From Krischvirus LF73P4, in sequence record OZ035795.1: 64,000 nt of DNA; one strand, given 5' to 3'. Below, in pieces: positions 25,880 through 35,320 of this stretch (the stretch's first letter is position 1; each line of letters opens with the position of its first letter). The notes below the pieces were generated by a model. That model saw only the letters and a list, made by a program, of their open reading frames with translations, made no database searches and had not been told where the DNA came from. The position numbers and the translations under genes are program-made.

Positions 25880-27742
25880 ATGGAAAAACTAATCAAAGAC
25901 ATTACAGAGATCGCAACGGGTAAAGAAAACGAAGTAAGCAAAGAGAACGCGAACAAAGACGCGCGAACATTCCCGACACGTCGAGATCTGATTGCTGGTG
26001 CTGTGTCTAAACAGATTGCTAAAACCGTGTTACCTGAGCACATCTATAAAGCGCATGTAGACGGTGACATTCATTATCATGATATGGATTATGCACCCGC
26101 TATGCCGTTTACTAACTGCTGTCTTGTTAATCTCAAAGACATGTTAGAGAATGGTTTTAAATTGGGTAGCGCACAAATCGAAAGTCCGAAATCAATCGGC
26201 GTTGCTTGTGCTGTAACCGCTCAAATTATCGCACAGGTGGCAAGTCATCAATATGGCGGGACCACAATTGCAAACATCGATCAGGTTTTAGCGCCATACG
26301 TTGAGAAAACATATCATAAACACCTTGCTGATGCCGAAACCTACGGAATCAAAGCGGATACTCTCTATGCACAAGAGAAGACAGAAAAAGAAACGCTAGA
26401 CGGGTATCAAGCGTTGGAATATGAAATCAACACTTTGTTCTCCACCAACGGTCAAACACCTTTTGTGACTTTAACATTTGGTATGGGTACTAGCTGGGAA
26501 GAAAAACTGATTCAGAAAGCGATCCTGAACGTTCGAACTAAAGGTTTAGGTAAAGATGGTATCACTCCGGTGTTTCCTAAGCTGGTGATGTTCTTAGAAG
26601 AAGGATTAAACCTTAAACCGGAAGATCCGAACTACGACATTAAGCAACTTGCATTGGAATGTTCTAGTAAGCGTCTTTACCCTGATTATATCTCTGCGAA
26701 GAATAACCGTAGTATCACCGGATCTAGTGTTCCGGTTAGCCCGATGGGTTGTCGTAGCTTCCTGGGTGTGTGGCATAATGAGAAAGGCGAAGAAGTATTA
26801 GACGGACGTAATAACTTAGGTGTTGTGACTCTGAATCTTCCGCGTATTGCCCTTATTGCCGCTCGTCGTGCTGGTAAAGCGTCTGTAATGCGCAGAATTG
26901 AGCTATTCGAACAAGAGCTAGCTAATCGTATGCCTATTTGCTTTGATGCGCTCATGAGTCGCGTAGACGCTTTAAAAGGGGCTAAAGCCAATGTTGCTCC
27001 GGTGCTGTATACAGAAGGTGCATTTTTCCGTATTCATCAAAACGATGAAATTTTGGAAGTGCTGAAAGATGGTCGCGCTAGTATCTCTCTTGGATATATT
27101 GGTTTACATGAGGTATTGAGCGTCCTGTTTGGTGTTCATCCGTTTGATTCGGAAGATGCGCAGCGATACGGTAAACATATTCTTAAGATCTTGCGTCATT
27201 ATACTGAAAAATGGAAGGACGAAACCGGACTTGGGTTTAGTCTTTACGGTACTCCAGCCGAGAGCCTTTGCTATCGATTTAATCGACTGGACCGAGAGCA
27301 ATTTGGTATTGTTAAGGGTGCTACCGATAAAGACTGGTACACCAACTCATTCCACCTTGACGTAGACCGGAAAGTCACACCGTTTGAGAAAATCGACTTT
27401 GAGAAAGATTATCACTGGCTGGCGTCCGGTGGCATGATCTCTTATGTTGAGTTCCCAGACATGAAAAACAACCTGAAAGGTCTTGAAACTGTAGTAGACT
27501 ATGCAATGGATAAATTGCACTACTTCGGTGTTAATACTCCTTCTGATGTATGTCATGTATGCGGATCTAATAAGGAAATGAGAGCGACCGAGTCTGGTTT
27601 TGTTTGCCCTGATTGCGGCAATGACAATCTGGAAAAGATGAATGTTATCCGTCGCGTTAGTGGATATCTTGGATCTGTTGATCTGCGTCCATTTAACCAC
27701 GGGAAACACTCCGAGATGGTAAACCGCGTTAAGCACATGTAA
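25880..27742 (+). CDS. nrdD: anaerobic ribonucleotide reductase, intron-less
   Basis: 620 aa; class III RNR features incl. C-terminal zinc ribbon CHVCG...CPDCG and glycyl-radical motif RRVSGYLG. Confidence 0.9.
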   Translation: MEKLIKDITEIATGKENEVSKENANKDARTFPTRRDLIAGAVSKQIAKTVLPEHIYKAHVDGDIHYHDMDYAPAMPFTNCCLVNLKDMLENGFKLGSAQIESPKSIGVACAVTAQIIAQVASHQYGGTTIANIDQVLAPYVEKTYHKHLADAETYGIKADTLYAQEKTEKETLDGYQALEYEINTLFSTNGQTPFVTLTFGMGTSWEEKLIQKAILNVRTKGLGKDGITPVFPKLVMFLEEGLNLKPEDPNYDIKQLALECSSKRLYPDYISAKNNRSITGSSVPVSPMGCRSFLGVWHNEKGEEVLDGRNNLGVVTLNLPRIALIAARRAGKASVMRRIELFEQELANRMPICFDALMSRVDALKGAKANVAPVLYTEGAFFRIHQNDEILEVLKDGRASISLGYIGLHEVLSVLFGVHPFDSEDAQRYGKHILKILRHYTEKWKDETGLGFSLYGTPAESLCYRFNRLDREQFGIVKGATDKDWYTNSFHLDVDRKVTPFEKIDFEKDYHWLASGGMISYVEFPDMKNNLKGLETVVDYAMDKLHYFGVNTPSDVCHVCGSNKEMRATESGFVCPDCGNDNLEKMNVIRRVSGYLGSVDLRPFNHGKHSEMVNRVKHM

Positions 27743-27747
27743 TTTTC

Positions 27748-27774
27748 AGCCGATCCGAAAGGGTCGGCTTTTTC
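27748..27774 (+). terminator. rho-independent terminator after nrdD
   Basis: AGCCGATCC-GAAA-GGGTCGGCT hairpin + TTTTT. Confidence 0.65.
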
Positions 27775-27785
27775 GTTTTGGGGTG

Positions 27786-27813
27786 TTGACAACCTGATTA
27801 GCTAATGTATAAT
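27786..27813 (+). promoter_or_regulatory. sigma70-like early promoter
   Basis: TTGACA 27786-27791, TATAAT 27808-27813, conserved leader CACATCGAAAAC. Confidence 0.6.
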
Positions 27814-27842
27814 GCTCACATCGAAAACAACGAGAGGACAAC

Positions 27843-28385
27843 ATGATGATGATGTTTTGTGTACTGAGCAAAGAAGTTAAACTTCGTAAACTGGAAATTG
27901 GCGATGGTGTTGTTGTTAAAATGCACGCTAGCACATTGGCTAGTTTTAATTTAAAGGAAAGTTTTTTTATTAGAGGAACGGTGGTTAATATCTGCTGGAG
28001 TCAAGGCGAAGGAATCCGTAGCTTTTGCGTAATTGACGATGATAATAACCTGTATGTGATTCGCTATCATAATAATTCTGTATTGGTCTATACCGACAAT
28101 TCACGAGAATTATATACTCTTGAATTTGTTAAGCGTACTGATTGCGACCGATTTGTTCGTGCTTATGAAGAAGATGGCTGTTTTGCGACTGAAACAGAAA
28201 CAAATGAATATGTTCCTATGGAAGTAGGGGCAGAAATTAAACACAAGATCACGGATCGTATTTTTAAGGTTGTGGCGGTTGCTCATACTCAATTTGTAGC
28301 GCAAGCGCCGGATGAAGAATTTATTATCTACAATATTGGTAATGCAAGTTCTCATTTTCATAATGTACTATATCGCGACCTTTGA
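27843..28385 (+). CDS. hypothetical protein
   Basis: 180 aa; no recognised motif. Confidence 0.5.
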   Translation: MMMMFCVLSKEVKLRKLEIGDGVVVKMHASTLASFNLKESFFIRGTVVNICWSQGEGIRSFCVIDDDNNLYVIRYHNNSVLVYTDNSRELYTLEFVKRTDCDRFVRAYEEDGCFATETETNEYVPMEVGAEIKHKITDRIFKVVAVAHTQFVAQAPDEEFIIYNIGNASSHFHNVLYRDL

Positions 28386-28402
28386 TAATGTGTGAGGTGA
28401 AT

Positions 28403-28930
28403 ATGAAATCATTAAACCGTAAGCGTAAAGCACAACGACACAAAGAACGAGCTAAAAAGATTGCTATTGAACTGGTTGAGCGTGAGGATAGCTATTTGTC
28501 TACGGGTCGTTTGTATACATTCCATGCATTGATTGATGGTAAGCTAGTGTTGCATAATCATGATTGTTTGGCACTGTTTCACGAGATCGAACCAATCCAT
28601 CGTGAATGGGATGACAACAAAGCAAAAGGACAATATTTCCTTACTTGTTCGTGTGGTCATGCTGGATGTGCTGGATATTGGGAACCTGTTACTATCCGTG
28701 AGAAAAATGATACCATTCAATGGGTCGCCCGTACCCGCGATGGTTATGATAAAGGTGCTGATGGTACTGGCGATAACGTAGTTTACTTTAATCGTGATTG
28801 GTATTATATGGCGCGATGTATGATCCTGTTTTATCTTGACTCGATGCCGTATGAATATTTCAGTTTCCAGAATGGGACCGAACTGACAGGGAAGGAATGG
28901 TCTGACTACATTCGAAAAAATTTAAAATAA
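28403..28930 (+). CDS. hypothetical protein (basic N-terminus, CSCGHAGCAG)
   Basis: ATG 28403 after GTGAGGTGAAT; 175 aa. Confidence 0.5.
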   Translation: MKSLNRKRKAQRHKERAKKIAIELVEREDSYLSTGRLYTFHALIDGKLVLHNHDCLALFHEIEPIHREWDDNKAKGQYFLTCSCGHAGCAGYWEPVTIREKNDTIQWVARTRDGYDKGADGTGDNVVYFNRDWYYMARCMILFYLDSMPYEYFSFQNGTELTGKEWSDYIRKNLK

Positions 28931-28934
28931 ATGC

Positions 28935-28963
28935 TTGACGGGGATCGCGAGATCCCCTATACT
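28935..28963 (+). promoter_or_regulatory. PeSL-type promoter (hairpin GGGGATCGCGAGATCCCC in spacer)
   Basis: TTGACG 28935-28940, 17-nt hairpin spacer, TATACT. Confidence 0.65.
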
Positions 28964-29005
28964 ATATTCATCAAGACGAGATACAACTTTACAGGAGAAT
29001 CAAAT

Positions 29006-29158
29006 ATGTGGACTTTACTGATTTGGGAAACTGAAAACGCACAAGTAGAAATCCGTGAATACGAATACCTAAGCCCAGCTTATCTATTGGCATCTCGCGG
29101 TGGTTACTATAAAGCGCAGATTGTAAACGAGTTCGGGGTAATTGAATATGAGTTCTGA
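29006..29158 (+). CDS. hypothetical small protein (50 aa)
   Basis: ATG after AGGAGAATCAAAT; internal start of track ORF 28931-29158. Confidence 0.4.
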   Translation: MWTLLIWETENAQVEIREYEYLSPAYLLASRGGYYKAQIVNEFGVIEYEF

Positions 29159-29651
29159 TACATACGGAAAACTACGCTATGCCGATATTAAAGATTGTGA
29201 TATGGTTAACGGTGAGGGAGTGAGAGTCTCCCTTTACGTTACCGGATGTTCACACGCATGTGATGGTTGCTTTAATGCTAGCCTACTCAATCCTAAGAAC
29301 GGGGAACCATTCACCGATGATACAATGGGATTGATTCTGGATCTGCTTAGACCTGATTTTATTCAGGGGCTAACATTCTTAGGTGGCGATCCACTGTATA
29401 AACGCAATTTAAAGGGTGTACAGCGGATCATCGATGAAGTAAAATCATGGATGCCAAATAAAGATATTTGGCTATGGTCCGGTTATACCCTTGACCAATT
29501 GAATGATGAGCAAAGAAAAATCGTAGAATCAGTTGACATGTTCATCGATGGGCGTTATATTAAAGATATGCCAACGAAGAAGCCGTGGCGGGGGTCTGAC
29601 AATCAAGTACAATACAAGATTGTTAATAGTATTCCAGTAAAAATTATTTGA
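29148..29651 (+). CDS. nrdG: anaerobic RNR activating enzyme (radical SAM)
   Basis: CSHACDGC (CxxxCxxC) cluster, GLTFLGGDPLY, DIWLWSGY, KKPWRGSDNQ as in T4 NrdG. Confidence 0.85.
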   Translation: MSSDTYGKLRYADIKDCDMVNGEGVRVSLYVTGCSHACDGCFNASLLNPKNGEPFTDDTMGLILDLLRPDFIQGLTFLGGDPLYKRNLKGVQRIIDEVKSWMPNKDIWLWSGYTLDQLNDEQRKIVESVDMFIDGRYIKDMPTKKPWRGSDNQVQYKIVNSIPVKII

Positions 29652-29661
29652 GGTGATTGCT

Positions 29662-30150
29662 ATGAAATGGGAATTGGGTAAGATGTACACTCTTGATGGT
29701 GATGAGAAGAAAGCAGAATTTACCAAATCTGAACTGTCAATCAACCGTCAAGTTGCTGAGTTTCTTGATGGACGTCCTTTTACAGTCGAGGTTATGAGTA
29801 ATGAGGGTCATGTTCTTGAAATCTCGTTAAGTGATGGTAAATGTATTTCTGTTCGAGACACTCCAATTGGTGCGCACGGTGCATGGTTTTGGGCTGGTGA
29901 ACGTCGATTCTTTAAAGAAGTTAAAGAACCAGATCTAACTTTAGAACGTCTGGGTCTGCTTATGGAAGCCTACGACATTCAGTTAATCGATAAGACGGGG
30001 TTACAACATAGTATTGCCAAAATTACTACCCTAGAAGGTATTAAGAGCGTTCTAAATGGTATGCCTAGCCGGATTGGTGCTATCCGCGAATACAAGCAAA
30101 CGCGAGACCGTATGATCCAATTAGAATCACGTATCAAAAATGAGAGATAA
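29662..30150 (+). CDS. MKWE-family paralogue 1
   Basis: ATG 29662; MKWELGKMYT...RPFTVEV...GERRFFKEVKE module + helical tail. Confidence 0.55.
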   Translation: MKWELGKMYTLDGDEKKAEFTKSELSINRQVAEFLDGRPFTVEVMSNEGHVLEISLSDGKCISVRDTPIGAHGAWFWAGERRFFKEVKEPDLTLERLGLLMEAYDIQLIDKTGLQHSIAKITTLEGIKSVLNGMPSRIGAIREYKQTRDRMIQLESRIKNER

Positions 30151-30154
30151 TATT

Positions 30155-30640
30155 ATGAAATGGGAAGAAGGTAAGACCTATGCGTTGGTTGGCGAATACG
30201 AAAAGCGTATTTTGCGTGATTGTTGGAGTTACGAACAAAGACCTAATATTGATGGTATGTTTACATATCTAGATAAACCATTTACTGTCGCTACGGTAGA
30301 CCGTTGGGGTAATGTGCGTTCAATCTATAATCACGAAGGGGATTATATTAGTTCTATCGATATTGGTGATAATATATGGTTTTCCGATGGTGACCGAGCG
30401 TGCTTCAAAGAAGTTTTATTACCTGGTCATGAATATGATCTAATAGACCTTCTCAAATTGGCGATGGATAATTATAAAATCCGCTTTGAATGCAAATCAC
30501 ATGCGGCTATCGGTGCTAACGCCTTGCGTCATATCTCCAGTTTTGAAGAGTTGAAAGATTTTCTTGACAAAATGCCGGAAAGGGTGCAAGCTATACAGGA
30601 AGCAGAGAAAGCATTAAACGAACTTGATAAAATCGGTTAA
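30155..30640 (+). CDS. MKWE-family paralogue 2
   Basis: MKWEEGKTYA...KPFTVATV...GDRACFKEVLL module + helical tail. Confidence 0.55.
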   Translation: MKWEEGKTYALVGEYEKRILRDCWSYEQRPNIDGMFTYLDKPFTVATVDRWGNVRSIYNHEGDYISSIDIGDNIWFSDGDRACFKEVLLPGHEYDLIDLLKLAMDNYKIRFECKSHAAIGANALRHISSFEELKDFLDKMPERVQAIQEAEKALNELDKIG

Positions 30641-30652
30641 GGGGAATATATT

Positions 30653-31477
30653 ATGAAATGGGAAATTGGTAAAACTTACACTTGGAAAGATGAAAACGCT
30701 AAAACTGAGTTTATTACTAACGGAGAAGGTGTTCTTTCTCCACTTAACAGCGATATTAGTGCATCTATTGGTGACAAGCCATTTACCATCATCGAGATCG
30801 ATGGCAACGGTTGGATTAATGCAATAGAGCTAGACGGTGTTTATCATACGGCGAAAACTGCTACAGGAAAAGACATTTGGACTGCAACATATTTCTTTAG
30901 TCCATTCGATAGAAAATTCTTTCGTGAAGTTGAAGAAGTTCCCCAGAAATGGGAAGTTGGTAAAACTTATACTTGGAAAGATGTGAATGCTATGACAGAC
31001 TTCTGCCATTATGCTGAAAACGTATCTAACCTTAATTATGTTATTGCACGAGCAATAAATTATAGACCTTTTACTGTTAAAAATGTTAGTCCATGTGGGC
31101 AAATTGATGTAATTGAAATTGATGGTAAAGACCATACTCTAATGAGCGCAACCGAAGATAGAGACCATAAAGGAACTAGCTGGTTTATTGATTCTGATAG
31201 AAAATTCTTTCGTGAAGTAGAAGAATTGGAAGTTATAACCACTGATTCTAAAATCGTTGGACAGTTGAAACGTCTGTTTAGTAGTCGTTACGGCCTGACA
31301 ATGGTTAAATTTGGCGAAGCAAATGAAGGTAAAACCTTTGAACGTTTCGATGATTTCATCGCAGCACTTGACAAGATGGACGAAATAATGCAAGATCGCC
31401 AGAAGATTAAAGACCTTCAAGAAGACATTAAACGTCGTGAAGTTGAATTTTTGATTGGTAAAGAGCGAGGATGGTAA
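30653..31477 (+). CDS. MKWE-family paralogue 3 (internal duplication, two modules)
   Basis: MKWEIGKTYTWKD...FDRKFFREVEEV then QKWEVGKTYTWKD...SDRKFFREVEELE; near-identical DNA repeats at 30657/30948 and 30908/31198. Confidence 0.6.
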   Translation: MKWEIGKTYTWKDENAKTEFITNGEGVLSPLNSDISASIGDKPFTIIEIDGNGWINAIELDGVYHTAKTATGKDIWTATYFFSPFDRKFFREVEEVPQKWEVGKTYTWKDVNAMTDFCHYAENVSNLNYVIARAINYRPFTVKNVSPCGQIDVIEIDGKDHTLMSATEDRDHKGTSWFIDSDRKFFREVEELEVITTDSKIVGQLKRLFSSRYGLTMVKFGEANEGKTFERFDDFIAALDKMDEIMQDRQKIKDLQEDIKRREVEFLIGKERGW

Positions 31478-31478
31478 T

Positions 31479-31958
31479 ATGTTTGTTGTTGGTATGACCT
31501 ATCAGTGGAAAAACGATCGAGCGCGGAAAGCCTTTGCAACCAGTGTTGCAAATGATGCAATAGCAGACTTTATCGGTGACCGTACATTTAAAGTTATCGC
31601 TTTTGAAAAAATTGCGTCAGATATCGAATATGTTTCTGCGATTGAAATTGATGGAAAAACATACACCTGTCGAGATGTTGATGATGTACGGGAATACGCG
31701 CACAACTGGTTTTTGCAATCAGAAGAACGTTATTTTAAAGTGGTGTCGTCAGAACTGACTACTGATGCAATGTTGGAACAATTTTTCAACAACTACGAAG
31801 TTTCTGTACGTCGCTATGGCGAAGAAGAAGTGTTTAAAATCGATGATTACAATCAGTTTAAACGAGTATTCGCCACTAAGTTGCAGCGTGACTTTGAACG
31901 TGACCAACGGATCAAGGAACTGGAAGAAGAATTGGAAAGATTAAAGGCTGAGAAATGA
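31479..31958 (+). CDS. MKWE-family paralogue 4 (divergent)
   Basis: MFVVGMTYQWKND...EERYFKVV module, C-terminal coiled coil RIKELEEELERLKAEK. Confidence 0.5.
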   Translation: MFVVGMTYQWKNDRARKAFATSVANDAIADFIGDRTFKVIAFEKIASDIEYVSAIEIDGKTYTCRDVDDVREYAHNWFLQSEERYFKVVSSELTTDAMLEQFFNNYEVSVRRYGEEEVFKIDDYNQFKRVFATKLQRDFERDQRIKELEEELERLKAEK

Positions 31959-32224
31959 TCGAGATATACGGTATACCGAAAGAGGCTTATCATTGTTATG
32001 GTTGTATTAGTGCAATGAAGCTACTGGATGATCTGGGTATTCCGTATACACTTAAACCAGTATTCAAGCAGGTCGGGGTTGACATTATTCCCGACCGTGA
32101 TATGATTGAAGAACTGGCGGGGAGGCTAAACTCAAAGAGCCTCCGGTTTGTATACCCCCAGATATTCATTGACAACGAGCACATTGGAGGCTATAAAGAA
32201 CTGAGGGCGATTTATGATTATTGA
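31955..32224 (+). CDS. nrdH: glutaredoxin-like protein (NrdH-like)
   Basis: 89 aa; CYGC active site, PQIFIDNEHIGGYKEL glutaredoxin-type C-terminus; assignment to nrdH is tentative. Confidence 0.55.
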   Translation: MIEIYGIPKEAYHCYGCISAMKLLDDLGIPYTLKPVFKQVGVDIIPDRDMIEELAGRLNSKSLRFVYPQIFIDNEHIGGYKELRAIYDY

Positions 32225-32372
32225 GAATTTAGTTTCGGTGTTCATTATTGCTTTATTTGCTATAATGGCTTTACCGTTGAAGAAGTGTAAACACTGTAAC
32301 GGAACAGGATTGCGTGGTGATGGGTGTTGCGCTCATTGTCACGGATCTGGTAAAGTAAGTATCATTAAGTAA
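32214..32372 (+). CDS. small membrane/zinc-ribbon protein (52 aa)
   Basis: N-terminal TM helix then CKHCNGTG...CCAHCHGSG (DnaJ-like CxxCxGxG repeats); below track cut-off. Confidence 0.35.
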   Translation: MIIENLVSVFIIALFAIMALPLKKCKHCNGTGLRGDGCCAHCHGSGKVSIIK

Positions 32373-32393
32373 TTCTTGAGTGAGGAATATATT

Positions 32394-32681
32394 ATGTTAG
32401 TACACAATGCAATCGCACACATGGTTTATTCTCGATTTGGGCGCATGGAAGAAATCAATATTACCGATGCAGATTTAGATCTGATGCAAGTCGAAGGCCA
32501 GACATATCTGAAAAATAACGGCGTGAATATCGGTAAAGCGCGTGTGCGTGAATTGTTGGTTGAATATATTCTCTCTGAATTTGGCATTAGTGCTTTCGGT
32601 GTGAAAGAGATTGCACCTAAGCGCGAAATTTCTGATAAAATGATCAAGAAATGCCAGAAAGCACGACGTAAGGGTTTCTAA
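32394..32681 (+). CDS. hypothetical protein
   Basis: 95 aa from ATG after GAGGAATATATT module. Confidence 0.45.
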   Translation: MLVHNAIAHMVYSRFGRMEEINITDADLDLMQVEGQTYLKNNGVNIGKARVRELLVEYILSEFGISAFGVKEIAPKREISDKMIKKCQKARRKGF

Positions 32682-34150
32682 TGAAGATTGAAACATTAAT
32701 CGCATTGCCAGCGGCGGGGAAAACTGATGCTATACTTTCCCACGTCCTAGAGACAAAAGAAAAAGCGGTTATTGCTTCGCCATCTCGTGTTTTAAGTGAA
32801 CAATCTTACAATAAGTTTAAAAGAATGGGCGGTCGTGCTGTCTTGATTGATAGCACCAGACTAAGAAGCCTTAAGACAGTGCAAGCGTCGATAATGCAAT
32901 CAGTTAAAGACGGTGCTGATGTGATATTCATTACACATACAGCGTTATCTAATATGGAACGTTCAAAAATGTTTGGTGATTATGCTCTTTACATTGATGA
33001 AGTTCCTCAACTGGTTGAATTTAATGAGTATCCGTTTAAGTCTAATCTTGAACTTATCACGAAGCATTGCGAACCAATCGCCGACGAATCGGAATGCCTA
33101 CAGAACTTAGTTCTAAAAGACTCTGAGAAGGCCGCTATCAAAGAAAAGATAGAAAGTGCAAAGGATGGTACTGATATGATCGATTCTTCTCTTAGAGGGC
33201 TTTATGAGGCGTTATTAGAGAAGAAAATCAACGTTATGGTAAAACATAACGAAGGACACCGGAAGAATGGGTCGAAAATTGTTTTCTTGAACGATAACAA
33301 ACACGGTACGTGGGGAGACTTTAAAAAAGTTACGATAGCATGTGCAAATCTCTTTGATACATATAGTGGGAAGTATCTACGATACTATGCAAATTGCGAT
33401 TTTGTTCCGAGTGCGCTAGAATCCAGACTATATTTCAAAGAGTATAAAAATACAGATAGAGTTAACATCATCCTTATGACGGACTCCGAACGATGGTCGC
33501 GTCACCAGTCAGAAACAAACAATACCTTTGAACGTCTTGTTGATATGGTTAAAAATGAATGTGGTGATGACTTCATTTATACCGTGAATCGGGACCGTGA
33601 AGCGTGCACAAATGGTATTGGTGAGCGGATACCTTACGGATCTTATGGTCTTAACTCTTACATTCATCATAAAAATGTTGCTGTGATGTTCAGCTTTAAC
33701 CCTCAACGATGGGAGATTGATATTTTAAAAGGTCTTGCTAATAGTTGTGATCTCCCGACAAACGAGTTTTTGAAAGCGCGTCATGTGTCTGATTATCTGG
33801 AACCAGCATTTCAATTATGTTTGCGTTGTAACCTGAGAGACAACGAGAGCAAGGAGAATGTTAATCTATATGTTCCTGATTGGGCGTTGGTGGATTATCT
33901 AAAAACGTTTCTACCTAATGCCAATGTAATAACAGACCGAATGATTCCGCTAGAATGTGGTGAGCGTAAAGGGAGAAAATCATTTAAAAAGATGTTCGAC
34001 TTTAACGAGCAAGAGAATGCAAGATTTAACGGATTTAAGTATCGCATGAAGAAAAAAGGAAAAACTCTTGATCCGTCTGACGGCGAATCTGTAGAGATGG
34101 TTAGAGTGTGGATAACTAAGCAAAGAAAGTATAATGGCAATGGGGAATAG
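32681..34150 (+). CDS. P-loop NTPase (helicase-like N-terminal domain) of unknown function
   Basis: 489 aa; Walker A ALPAAGKT at residues 9-16, PSRVLSEQ (motif Ia-like), Walker B LYIDEV; Cys-containing C-terminal half without recognised motif. Confidence 0.45.
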   Translation: MKIETLIALPAAGKTDAILSHVLETKEKAVIASPSRVLSEQSYNKFKRMGGRAVLIDSTRLRSLKTVQASIMQSVKDGADVIFITHTALSNMERSKMFGDYALYIDEVPQLVEFNEYPFKSNLELITKHCEPIADESECLQNLVLKDSEKAAIKEKIESAKDGTDMIDSSLRGLYEALLEKKINVMVKHNEGHRKNGSKIVFLNDNKHGTWGDFKKVTIACANLFDTYSGKYLRYYANCDFVPSALESRLYFKEYKNTDRVNIILMTDSERWSRHQSETNNTFERLVDMVKNECGDDFIYTVNRDREACTNGIGERIPYGSYGLNSYIHHKNVAVMFSFNPQRWEIDILKGLANSCDLPTNEFLKARHVSDYLEPAFQLCLRCNLRDNESKENVNLYVPDWALVDYLKTFLPNANVITDRMIPLECGERKGRKSFKKMFDFNEQENARFNGFKYRMKKKGKTLDPSDGESVEMVRVWITKQRKYNGNGE

Positions 34151-34190
34151 CCCGAAAGGGTTATTTCCTAAATAATAGCGAGGGTGCGAA

Positions 34191-34724
34191 GTGTCTGATT
34201 ATGTAAACAATAAAGAGCTTTACGAAGAAATTTGCCGTTGGAAACAACGAATTGCAGCAGAAGGTCGGCAAGTGCCAATGAGCGATCAAATCGGCCTGGC
34301 AATTATGCAAATCTCTAAAAATCTATCACGGCGTTTTAACTTTTCTGGCTATAGTCAAACATGGCGCGAAGAAATGATCGACGATGGAATCGAAGCGGCG
34401 GTCAAGGGTTTGATTAATTTTGACGAGACAAAGTATAAAAATCCTCATGCTTACATCACGCAAGCGTGCTTTAATGCTTTTGTACAGCGCATTAAAAAAG
34501 AGAGAACAGCGACAGCCGCAAAATACAAATATTTTGTGCATCATGTATATGACGAACGCGACGCTGATATGTGCCAGATTGCTGATGAGGCATTCATACA
34601 GGACATTTACGATAAAATCAACAACTACGAGGAATCGGTCAATAAACCGAAAGCGCCAAAGGTTGAAGATGTATTGACCGAGGAATTGCCTAGCTTGGAC
34701 CAATTTTATGAGATTGAAAATTAA
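34191..34724 (+). CDS. 55: late sigma factor gp55
   Basis: GTG start; YVNNKEL, [21 protein letters not shown], [28 protein letters not shown] nearly identical to T4 gp55. Confidence 0.9.
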   Translation: MSDYVNNKELYEEICRWKQRIAAEGRQVPMSDQIGLAIMQISKNLSRRFNFSGYSQTWREEMIDDGIEAAVKGLINFDETKYKNPHAYITQACFNAFVQRIKKERTATAAKYKYFVHHVYDERDADMCQIADEAFIQDIYDKINNYEESVNKPKAPKVEDVLTEELPSLDQFYEIEN

Positions 34725-34941
34725 CATTTCCCGTTTGCTGGAAGAAGCAGAGTTTGAAACTGACCTTGTGCCGTATTTCGCCAAATTATTTTTGAGAGAT
34801 TGCGGCGTTCCGGTGATTATCGATCCGTGCAATATCAAATCACCGGATCTTGAGGTCTTGACGGGTACAATCTCACATAGCTATAATGTATCAGAAGATG
34901 AATTTTCTTTAATCATCGACTATATCCCAGAAGGAAAATAA
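34708..34941 (+). CDS. hypothetical protein
   Basis: 77 aa; overlaps gp55 end. Confidence 0.4.
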   Translation: MRLKINISRLLEEAEFETDLVPYFAKLFLRDCGVPVIIDPCNIKSPDLEVLTGTISHSYNVSEDEFSLIIDYIPEGK

Positions 34942-34942
34942 C

Positions 34943-35230
34943 ATGACTTACGATGAACAGCATGACCAGATTGCAGTGAATGAAGTAGACAAAGTACAAG
35001 CAGAACTAGAGGCTAAAGCCGCTAAGAAAGCGGAAAAGATCTTGCGTAAGAACTCGCGAGAGATTGCACGCCTTAAGCGGTGGGCGGAACAAGCTATCAT
35101 CGATGATAATCGTGATGCGTATATCTACGCTATCGGAAAGTTACGTGATATCTACAAACAGCCACACACGCCAGAACTGCTTTCTGCTATGTGGATTAGT
35201 ACACGGCAAACGGTATTAAGTATGCTGTAA
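34943..35230 (+). CDS. hypothetical protein
   Basis: 95 aa; charged/helical. Confidence 0.45.
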   Translation: MTYDEQHDQIAVNEVDKVQAELEAKAAKKAEKILRKNSREIARLKRWAEQAIIDDNRDAYIYAIGKLRDIYKQPHTPELLSAMWISTRQTVLSML

Positions 35231-35320
35231 TGGCTTTATAAGGGAGACTCTGAAAGGGGTTTCCCTTTTTATTTTTCTGTGATATAGTGAGAGCATCGAA
35301 AACGAAGAGAGGAAGAGACT

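Noticed and set aside
28560-28781. Same-strand nested ORFs (e.g. 28560-28781, 8807-9001, 12787-13002, 38481-38702, 41401-41634)
   Set aside because: Out-of-frame ORFs nested inside well-supported longer genes, with no independent start signals.
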